The notes under the pieces are model-generated. The model was not told the DNA's origin and searched no databases. It was given only the letters and a program-made list of their open reading frames with translations. From the human T2T-CHM13v2.0 reference genome, Homo sapiens, in NCBI RefSeq assembly GCF_009914755.1, contig NC_060947.1: DNA of 64,000 nucleotides, one strand, 5' to 3'. The translations under genes were made by a program, and so were the position numbers. Shown in pieces: positions 52,655 to 64,000 of the stretch. Numbering within the stretch: position 1 is the first letter of the stretch; each line of letters opens with the position of its first letter.

Positions 52655-54715
52655 TTTACTTTTTATTGTTCTTTTTATTGATATGTAATATTTATATATA
52701 TTTATGGGGTACATGTGATGTTTTACTACATGCATAGAATGTGTAATGAACAAGTCAGAGTATTTAGGATATCCATCACCTCAAGCATTTATCGTTATAT
52801 GTAGTATGGTATATATCAAGGCCTCACTTGTAGCTATTTTGAAATATACAATACATTGTTGTTAACTATAGTCATGCTACTCTACTATCAAACATTAAAA
52901 TTTATTCTTTCTATCTAACTGTATGTTTGTACCCATTGGCCAACCACTTTTCATTCCCCCATCCCACCCACTCACTGTTCCTAGCCTCTGGTATCTGTTG
53001 TTCAACTTTCCACCTCCATGAAATCAACTTTTTTAGATACCACATACGAGTAAGAACATAAGAAATTCGTCTTTCTCATTTATGCAGCCAACAAACTTAT
53101 GAAAAAAACCTTATCATCACTGATCATTAGAGAAATGCAAATCAAAACCACAATGAGATACCATCTCACACCAGTCAGAATGGTGATTATTAAAAAGTCA
53201 GGAAACAATAGATGCTGGTGAAGCTCTGGAGAAATAGGAACACTTTTACACTGTTGGTGGGAATTAAATTAGTTCAACCATTGTGGAAGACAGTGTGATG
53301 ATTCCTCAAGGATCTAGAACAAGAAATTCCATTTGACCCAGCAATCTCATTACTGGGTATATACCCAAAGGAATATAAATCATTCTACTATAAAGACACA
53401 TGCACATGTATGTTTATTGCAGTACTATTTACAATAGCAAAGACATGGAACCAACCCAAATGCCCCTCATTGATTGACTGGTTAAAGAAAATGTGGTACA
53501 TATACACTATGGAATACTATGCAGCTATAAAAAAGGATGAGTTCATGTCCTTTGCAGGGACATTGATGAAGGTGGAAACCGTCATCCTCAGCAAACTAAC
53601 ACCAGAACAGAAAACCAAACACTGCATGTTCTCACTCATAAATGGGAGTTGAACAATGAGAACACACGGACACAGGAAGGGAAACAACACACACTGGGGC
53701 CTGTTGTGGGGTCAGGGGAAAGGGGAGGGAGAGCATTAGGACAAATACCTAATGCATGTGGGGCTCAAAACCTACATAACGGGTTGACAGGTGCAGCAAA
53801 CCACCATGGCACATGTATACCTATGTAACAAACATGCATATTCTGCTCATGTATCCCGAGACTTAAAGTAAAATTAAAAAAAAAAAAGAAATGTGTCTTT
53901 CTGTATTTGGCTTATTTTACTTAACATAATCACCTCTAGTTCCATCCATGCTGCATCAGATGACATGCTTTCCTTCTTTCTATAGCCAAATAATATTTCA
54001 TTATGTAAATATACCACATTGTCTTTATCCAGCCACTGATGGACATTTAGGTTGATTCCAAATCTTTGTTATTGTGAATAGTGCTGCAATCAACATGAGG
54101 GTGCATGTATCTCTTTGATATAGTTATTTCTTTTCCTTTGGATACACAGTAGTGGGATTGCTGGATAGTATGGTAGTTCTGTTTTTTGTTTTTTTGAGAA
54201 ATTTTCATACTGTTTTCCATAATGGCTGTGTACTAATTTCCACTTCCACCAACAATGAATAAAAGTGCCATTTTCTCCACATTCTTGCCAACATCTGTTA
54301 TTTTTTGCCTTTTTTATAATAATGATTTTAACTGGAGTAAGATGATATCTCATGGTTTTGGTTTGTATTTTCCTGATGATTAGTAATATTAAGCATTTTT
54401 TTCATATACATGCATATGAAGAGACCATTTGTATGTCTTCTTCTGAGAAATGTCTATTTGGAGTGCCCATTTTACATTGGATTATTATTACTATTATTGC
54501 TATTTAGTTGTTTGAGTTCCTTGTATTAATATATCTTGGATATTAACCCCTTGTCAGATGTGTAGTTTGCAAATATGTTCTCCCATTCTGTAGTTTGTCT
54601 TTTCATTCTGTTGATCGTTTCCTTTGCTGAGCAGAAGCTTTTTAATTTTATGTCATCTCATTTGTTTATTTTTGTTTTTCTTGTCTGTACTTTTGAAGTC
54701 TTATCCAAAAAATCC
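52655..54715 (-). mobile_element. L1MA-type 3' end, interrupted by L1PA
   Basis: tttatggggtacatgtgatgttt..., gggattgctggatagtatggtagttct. Confidence 0.9.
53077..53885 (+). mobile_element. L1PA 3' end (ORF2 C-terminus, 3'UTR, polyA)
   Basis: ORF 53410..53652 MFIAVLFTIAKTWNQPKCPS is the L1 ORF2 C-terminus; TSD aagaaat(tc/gt)gtctttct. Confidence 0.95.
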
Positions 54716-55595
54716 TGAAAAAGAAGTCAAGGAAACAATCTCATTTACAATAGCTACAAAAATTTAAATACATAGGAATACATTTAGCCAAGAAGGTTAA
54801 AGGCCTCTTGAGTTGATGAAAGAAATAGAAGATGACACAAACAAGTGAAAAGACATCTCATGATCATGGATTGGAATAATTAATATCATTAAAATGATCC
54901 TATTACCCAAAGCAGTCTGCAGATTCAATGTGATCTTTATCAAAATACCAATGACATTCTTCACAGAAATAGAAAAAAGAATTGTAAATGTATATGGAAC
55001 CCCAAAAGAGCCCTAATAGCCAAAGCAATTCCAAGCAAAAAGAACAAAGCTGGAGGCATCACACTACCTGACTTGAAAATATATTACAAGGCTATAGTAA
55101 CCAAAACAGCATGGCATTAGTACAAAAACAGACACACAGACCAATGGGGCAGAATAGAGAAGCCAGAAATGAGCCCATGTATTTACAGTCAACTGATTTT
55201 CAACAAAGGTTCCAAAAACATGCACTGGGGAAAGGACAGTCTCTTCAATAAATGGCGCTGGGAAAACTGGATATCCATACCCAGAAGAATAAAACAAGAC
55301 CCCTATCTCTCATCATAAATGTAAGACCCAAAACTATAAAATTACTGGAAGAGAACATAGGGCAAACACTCCAGGACATTGGTCTAGGCAATGATTTTTT
55401 GGCTAAGACCCCAAAAGCACAGGCAACAAAATATTAGGCAAATGGGACTACATTAAGGCAAAAAGCTTCTGCACAGCAAAGGAAACAATCAACAGAGTGA
55501 AGAGACAACCTGTTGAATGGGAGAAAATATTTGCAAAATCTTCATCCAACAGGAGACTAATATCCAGAGTATACAAGGAACTCAAATAACAACAA
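54716..55595 (+). mobile_element. L1 ORF2 segment inverted relative to the adjacent L1MA
   Basis: gcaaaaagaacaaagctggaggcatcacactacctgactt; gaaaggacagtctcttcaataaatgg. Confidence 0.9.
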
Positions 55596-55606
55596 AAAAA
55601 GAACTT

Positions 55607-55988
55607 TTGAGCCTAAAGATGGCTGCCTTAGCATGGAAAGGTGCCATGGTGCTTCATACAAGTATCAGTAGGCCGGTTGCTTTTGTTAGCAAAATTCCTT
55701 GGACCGCAGCGTCAAATCAGCTGATGGTGTCTTTGCACAGTTTGGCCATATCCAAAAATGTGTTGTACCTTTTGACAAGGAGACTGGCTTTCACAGAGGT
55801 TTGGGTTGGGTTCAGTTTTCTTCAGAAGAACTTCAGAATGCACTATGACAGGAAAATCATATTATAGATGGAGTAAAGCTCCAGATTGGAGCTCAAAGGC
55901 CAAAAGTTTTGTAAACATCTGATGAAGAGAAAGATTTTTGAGACTATTTCAGCCTATTAAATAAAGTTAACATAACTGAGAAAAAAAA
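55607..55988 (+). pseudogene. SLIRP: Processed pseudogene of SLIRP (SRA stem-loop interacting RRM protein)
   Basis: ATG 55619; [35 protein letters not shown] then frameshift to [48 protein letters not shown]...TSDEEKDF* (TGA 55939-41); intronless; AATAAA 55960; polyA; TSD-like aaaa(g)aacttt. Confidence 0.93.
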
Positions 55989-56720
55989 CTTTATTCTTAA
56001 CTGCTAGAGTCGAGGAGGAATTTAGAAGGGGATCTGGAGTCCACCAAAGAAAATGTTGGCATTTCTATAACATTAAAATGCGAATGTAAATGAGATCTCA
56101 TGGAACTCCTCAGGCCAATTTTATAAATATACAGTCTGAAGCCTAGAAAAGTGATGTAACTTGCTCAGGGTCACAGGGACTTAACTGCAAAACCAAGCAC
56201 TTCAGCTTAGCTCTCCTGGCTTTCCAATATGCTTTCCACCTCATCATATTGCCTCCTGTGTCCAGGTTGCTGTGAGTGACCTAACCCTAAACATAGTCAA
56301 GAAAGAGCAAAGGAAGAAGAAACAGTGGGAGCCTGAAAGCCCTGCGGCTTTTTTAAAACCCTAAATAAGACTGGTTTAAGCAGTCTTTTTTTGGTTGAAA
56401 CAGGAGAATGGACCCAAGGGATAGCCAGTCAGTACCCCTCTCTCACTGGTGGCCCTGAAAGTATATCCAGAGCCCCCTAGGACTCCATAGAACATATCTG
56501 GAAAAGGGCCACAACTGAGTAACCCTTGAGAAGTCTCTTTCCCATTCTGGACTTCAGTTTCCTCGGTTGCAAAATGAGAAACATATACTAGACAATCTGC
56601 AGTTAAATTCTCTTTGAGGTAAATGTTCATTCTTTCATATTGCTTCCTCATCCCGTTGATCCCTCTTCCTGTTGAAAAGGGTGGCTTAGTTCATTTCACA
56701 ATGGAAGGAGAGAAATTAAC

Positions 56721-57374
<654 letters not shown>

Positions 57375-59089
57375 CTAAACAGGGAATGAGCAGGGAACGT
57401 TATTTGCTCTGTGTAACAGCCTTCCAACTCCAGGACTTGAGCCTATAGGGGGTGGTCAGGGCTCGTGTTTCTCACCTAGTTCCTCTCCATCAGACGTCTT
57501 TCTCTTTAAAGAATTAAACCCACTTAGAAAGGGTTAGATTTATCTTCTTTCCTTTTCCTTTCCAGTAGGGACTTCCCTTATGTTATACCCAATTCCTTTT
57601 TCTGGGGTGCTAAGGCTAATTACTAAGCCTTAATGATGGAAAGAGTAACCTTTACCTATTATGGAAGAAATCCTACTATCTGTGTTGGCCAAGCATAGCT
57701 TTTGATTCAGAAACCTTAGAATGACAAGAAACTGAGATTACAAAGAAAGAAAATATATTTGCTTAATATTCCCAGAACAGTAAGTCTATCACACAGATTA
57801 AAAACAGATGTTGTAATTGAAGCAGGAGAATGGAGCCAGGGGATAGCCAATCAATACGCCTGTCCAACTGGTGGCCCTGAAAGTATTTCAGTACCCACCA
57901 GGATCCCATAGAACATATTTGGAAAAGGACCACATCTGGGTAACCCTAGGGAAGTCCCTTTCCCTTTCCAGATTTCAGTTTCCTTGATTGCAAATGAGAA
58001 ACATAAACTGGATAATCTTGAGTCATATAAAATGCTGTAGTTAATCAATTTTTAAAAAAAGAATCCCAGGAAATATCTGCTTGGAACTAAGGCTTTACTA
58101 GGCAAAACTGTTTCTTTGTTGATGATTCAGGAGTCACTGAGAATCTTTGGTTCCTCTAGGTCAATAGGAACATCAATCCTCACTGTCTTGGAGCTGCAGC
58201 AAAGTATAGATTCATAGAAATTTCCAATTGATTGAATGCCAGATAAATCAGCTTTTGCAGCAATAAGATACATCAAACTACCTTCTATTTACTCTCCCCT
58301 GGAACTTTATTTTAAAAATTGACAAGATTTGTGTTTGTAAATTAATTTGCAAGTTAGCCCACGTGATTCATTTTTATTTCCCAATCCTGAATTCTTTTAG
58401 GATTACGTATCTGGTGTTGCTATAAGAAATTAATATACAATGAACTTTTTATCTGAGGATGTTGCATGTGAAACCTCTCTGTGGAAGGAGAAAGTACTAG
58501 AAATTTTCTTTGATTTGACTGTTCAACAAGTAAAATCTTTCTACAATGAACATCTTATTTTTCAGTTTGAGATTTTATTTTGCTAAGGTAAAATGAAGCT
58601 CTAAACTTCATTAGAATGTATTTGTTGGCTCTTGAGGGAAACAAAATAAAGACACCTGCAGGAAAATAACAACCGAGAACCTTTTTCTCTGTAGTAAAAG
58701 TCACTCTTCATTTCAATCTGTAAAGGTCAGTCCTTGTTGGAAACAACAGTATAGGTTTATCTACAGTGAGATAGCAGCTCCCCCATGAGGCCTCATCTAG
58801 AATTGTGAGAAGAAATAACAGAGATACAGGCAGAACTAGGGTTATATCACCGTGAATTTGTGCCTTGAATCTCAGTATGTGTGTGAGTGAGGGGTGGGTG
58901 GAAGGGTGAGAACAGCAGGCTTTGAGCTAATGCTTCTTTGGAAATATCCTGTTCTATTTTTGGTTTAATTACATAAAATTCTCTGGTTGAAAATGAAACT
59001 AGATTCTGGGGAAATATTAACAAACTGCAGACTCAAACATTTTAAAATTTAGACCATCCATCGACTGTAGCAACTATTTCTAAAGGCAA

Positions 59090-59627
<538 letters not shown>

Positions 59628-61008
59628 GGACAGCGAGAAAGGGGAAAACCAGAAGCCTGACTGCACAAGGTCAGCACCTCAGCTTTGCTCTCTCAGGAAC
59701 TCCGTTTTCCCAGAGTCATTCATTCTCTTGAAGACCTGATTCTGGCCAACAAAGTTAATTGATAAAGCAGAAACCAATGGATTCGTGTTCTGAGGAGAAA
59801 ATAGTTCTCTGGTGTGAAACCAGTGTGTGCAGCCTCATTAGTAACAAGGTAGCTGGGAAAGCAAAGTTTCTGAAGGTAACTTTTTTTCATTATGAAATGA
59901 CAACAAAAAGACTGACCAAGTTGCTGGGCCATTGTTTACAGGCCAGAGAAGGGTCAGAGAATTAATCATCCCACCCAACTCCTGGATACACCTTGGAAGA
60001 AGCAGAGTTGTGTGCAGGACACAGTGTTTGTCTCCCTTGGCCAGGACTGGCTTGAGTCACCCTAACAAATTCTTTCTTTCTGGTGCTCTCTCCTTTTTCC
60101 TACTGCATTCATGTCTCACTTCTTGGATGACAACACAACCCCACCTGGGATAACTTCCAATGGGTCTATTTGGTTAAAGTCAGAGATTACTCTAGTCTCA
60201 TAGGAGACCCTGAAGACAACTGGGGCTCCTCTTGCTACACACCCAGGTCCCAGCAGGACCAATGCCCAGCTACCTGTCAGGGTGCCTTACTGCTGGCAGA
60301 CCTTTTCGGGACCCATTTGTTCTCACTTGATTGCATTTTGTTTCTTCATCACAGAATGACGAAAATGTGGTTCCTACCTAGTTGGCCATTGCATGCCACT
60401 TAACTGGAATGCCCTAAAACCATCTTAAAGGACCCAGATGGGGAAAGACCTAGAGTCTTATAGTTGATTAGTAACAGAGCTCTGGCCTTGTTTTCACACT
60501 GCCTTGCTAGCTACACCACCCTGGTTTACGCAACAAATTCTGCTCTAGCCATCCTCTGGCTATGCCCTTTCTCTCAAAGGGTAAAGAGTTCTCAGAGTTA
60601 AGAGGAATGTGCCTCCTTGGAGCCCATGATCAACCCTTTCAACTGTCAGTTTGGGCACCCAGGACCCAAGAACTCCCTTCCTAAATTGCCTCGGTCTGCT
60701 TCCAAGGCCTGCTCAGGCCTCTTCTTGAAGGTTGTTCTCCTGGAGCCTATCACACCAAGACATGTGCATCCCTAGAGCTGAGGGGCCACCAAGGCATCGC
60801 CACTTGGAAAGGACTTGAATACATCACCTGGGGGATCCAAATGATTCTGCATGAGATCCCTCATGAGGTGGGCTGAGCTAGGGTGGGAAGAGAAATGTGC
60901 TATCATCTTCTGACCCAGAGCTCTGAGCAGTCTGAGAGTTCTAAATTGAATCCTGCCCATCAAGACTGCTATGAAGGTATATTTGTCAAGGCAAATAGAT
61001 AGAACATA

Positions 61009-61349
61009 CAGTCAGCCCTCCACATCCTCAAGTTCCACATCCATGGCTCCAACTAACCACGGATTAAAAATATTTAAAAAAATGGATGGTTGCTTCTGTA
61101 GTGAACATTTACAGACGTTTTTCTCCTTTTCATTATTCCTTAAACAATACAGTATAACAACTCTTTACATAACATTCACACTGTATTAGGCATTATAAGT
61201 AATGAAGAGATGCTTTAAAGTATACAGGAGGATGCGTGTAGGTTATATGCAAACATTACACCATTTTATATCAGGGATTTGAGCATCCACGGATTTTGGT
61301 ACCTGCAGGAGTCCTGGAAACAATCCCCATGGATACCAAGGGACTACTG
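61009..61349. mobile_element. MER2 (Tigger-family MITE)
   Basis: TA|cagtcagccctccacatcc...ggataccaagggactactg|TA terminal inverted repeats. Confidence 0.88.
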
Positions 61350-61900
61350 TATTTTATTTAGTACTCTGTTAGCATGATTCAGAACTTTTAAATATTTAGA
61401 TAAAATGATTCATAGGCTTTCATTTAACCCTTTTCCCAGATTCTACAACTGTCAGGAGTGGGCCTACCCTCATATGCTCAGTATAGATGACTTTCCAAAA
61501 ATGATATAGAAATGTGATTTTAATTCCAAATGCAATATTTCTTTTCTTCAAATATCTTTCATGTTTGAAATATATATTCAAATCTAAGAAATCTACAAGA
61601 CTCTGTTATGACCTAAATGTTCGGGGTATGTTTTATGGAAGCCCTAATGAACTAATACAAGCTCTTAGAGGGAGAAATTAAAAATGAAAGTCTTTGGTGT
61701 ATTGACACTCATATACTCAATATACAAAGAAAAACTGTCTCATCAAAAACAGCATAATTTCCTTCTTTCACATGATCTAAGATTTTCAGTAATGTCATTT
61801 GCTCTGCATTCAGCTCCTTTCACTTGGTCTTTACCATTCATTGCCCTCTCTCTTTTGGACAGACAATATTATAACTGCAAGTTACTTGCAGATATTTTCT

Positions 61901-62010
61901 AGGAAAGGAAAGGAAAGGAGAGGAGAGGAGGGGAGAGGAGAGGAGAGGAGAGGAGAGGAGAGGGGAAGGGAGGGGAGGGGGGATGGGAGGGGAGGGGAGG
62001 GGAGAAAGGA
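61901..62010. repeat. (GGAGA/GGAAA/GGAGG)n pentanucleotide purine repeat
   Basis: Directly visible. Confidence 0.92.
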
Positions 62011-63009
62011 ACTTTATAGTTTTAGAGTATTCAATTACTCCACTGCAAAAACTACAATGGTGGCAAGTAGTTAGGTGTACAGTTGATAACCTTTTAGATT
62101 CTGTCTTACTTTTGGACCAGGAAGCCATCTGTTACTAGAATCTTTTTGTAATTTAGGTCAAAGAGAACTCTTTAGTCAGCTTTTGTTTCTTTCCCTCTCT
62201 TTTGCACAGTTAAAATTCCAAAACATGTCATTCAACACTAGAAATAAGCTTCTGACCTGACTGGATATATCTGTCTGGGTTTTCAGGAACAGAATATCCA
62301 AGAGAATTCATAATTTGTTTTGCCACTTTGCTGGTTTCTAGTTCTGAGGTAGATTTAGTGTCAGAGTTTAAACTTTCAGGTGCCATTCTTTCTGCATTAC
62401 TTGACAGAACAATTCCTAATTAATGCTGTAACCATCACCACTTCTCCATTAATTATTTTTCCTGTCAGATGATTTTCTCTTTTGCATGTGCACACACACA
62501 CAATCACACCCTAAACAAAACAAGTGTATCCAAAAATAGAGGCAGAGGAGAAAGGAGAGCAGTTGCCAGTCACATAGTCTACCATGTTAGTGGCACTCCC
62601 CAGAGTCGTTTGGTCTCCAGTCTGCACCATATGAAGCAGCCTTGGAGAGAAGGAGATGACAGGGAGGAAAAGAAAGTTCAGGAGTTTGAGTTCAGGATTT
62701 CTGAGTTGCTGAAAACCTGACACCCTCAGACTAACCAGACAACACAAATGTTAATTCTATCTTATCACAAGCTTAAAATTCAAGGAGTCACAAAAACTTA
62801 TGATTAATTTAAAAAGACATCTTTACTATGAAACTTTATACTTCAAGTAAGTGTGTATATATCTATCTCATACTCAGTAAGTACATTTACACCGTATTAG
62901 ACAATTATCTAGCCAATTTAACCAATGAAGAAAACCAAATGTGACGATTTAAATGAAAAAATGTATGTTAGGACCATCATTAATTAATTCATGAACAAAT
63001 AAGGTAGTG

Positions 63010-63200
63010 AAAAACTAACTTTGGAGCCCAAAAAACCAGGACTGAAATCTTAGATCATCTATTTAACACCTGTATAGCTTTGGACAAGTCACTTAACCTG
63101 AGCATCAGTTTATTATCTGTAAAATGGCAGCAATGATACCAGCTTTGCACAGTTAGGGGGATAGTTTATAGTCCTGTGTATAGGCACTTAATAAACAGTA
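63010..63200 (+). mobile_element. MIR (one of many: also about 3480, 14095, 15070, 17480, 39480, 40250, 42900, 43260, 56120)
   Basis: Core ttggacaagtcacttaacct...cagttt..atctgtaaaatgg. Confidence 0.8.
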
Positions 63201-63518
63201 TTTATCCGACATGATTGCATGCTACAGCAAGAGCCACAAGGTATCAGAATGCTAAAGAGGAAAAGGTGTTAGGAGTTAAGTCGCTATGGGGTCTGGTCTA
63301 TGCTAAGGAGAGCACTAGGCTGCTAAAGCCCCATCACACTGACTTCCTGAGACACAGATCACATCACAAGACCCCTGATTTTACATTAAGTCCTTCCTAT
63401 GTAGTTTATCCAGGGACCAAGATTATGGCTTTTGGAAACGACTGTGTTTTGAGCTAGGACCAGATGGAGACAGCCAGATTTGGGAGAAGGAGGGTCTCCA
63501 CAGTGTAGCCCTTCTTAC

Positions 63519-63591
63519 CACCTTCCCTTGGCCATGCGTGCACTTTATTTTTCTGCCACATTGGCCGCATGCTGTTCTCATCACTAGACAC
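63519..63591 (-). pseudogene. 73-bp exon remnant (VSSDENSMRPMWQKNKVHAWPREG; frame uncertain)
   Basis: Acceptor tgtttgctagttgccag, donor GTG|GTAAGA; phase-1 end fits the next acceptor at 62716 (G|GT TTT CAG CAA..., track ORF 62511..62747). Confidence 0.5.
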
Positions 63592-64000
63592 CTGGCAACT
63601 AGCAAACAACAGGCTTTTCTGGAAAGCCAGTCAGTTTGCATTGGTAACACTATCTAGTGGAATTGACAAAGCAGGCTCCCAAAACAATAAATCTTCAGTT
63701 GCCTCTAGAGAACAGCCACAGTTTTATGCTCCACTGGAATACATATATGTATATCTTCCTGACATTGACTATTTGTTAACAAAAAAAAAATCCCTAATCA
63801 GTCTGGAGCTTCTGAGTATTAGTGGAGAGATGGAATCCCAATTTTCAGTAAAAAGCAAATGGAGTTTAATAGTGGTGTCTCTCTCTGTCTCTCCATCTCT
63901 CTCTCTCCCCCCATTTTTAGAAAAAATCTATTTATATTACTTGTCAAAATATAAACTTCCTTGCATAAAACATGGTTGCCAAAGTCTAAAATTTGTTTTC

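Noticed and set aside
55517-55867. 116-aa ORF as an L1-SLIRP fusion protein
   Set aside because: Chance read-through from L1 into the pseudogene; it frameshifts out of the RRM

Overview
This is AT-rich, repeat-dense primate DNA, most likely human (Alu, L1, L2, MIR, MaLR, HERV-W LTR17, Tigger/MER elements). It has no intact protein-coding gene, RNA gene or CRISPR array, and nearly all track ORFs are repeat-derived or chance. Well-supported features are a SLIRP processed pseudogene (55.6-56.0 kb), a nested retroelement block at 21.8-31.6 kb (L1, THE1, a decayed ERV1 pol/env/3'LTR carrying two solo LTRs and an Alu), a fossil hAT transposase, several Alus with TSDs and three short local duplications. 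The main unexplained signal is about 25 non-repeat segments between 11.4 and 63.6 kb, all on the minus strand. They have polypyrimidine-AG acceptors and/or GT donors and protein-like frames broken mostly by single stops, and several neighbouring pairs have compatible phases. Two are split by TE insertions and read through once the insert is removed. I interpret these as a large decayed multi-exon gene (candidate unitary pseudogene) whose identity I cannot establish. Repeat subfamily names come from recalled consensus sequences, and boundaries are approximate unless a TSD is quoted.
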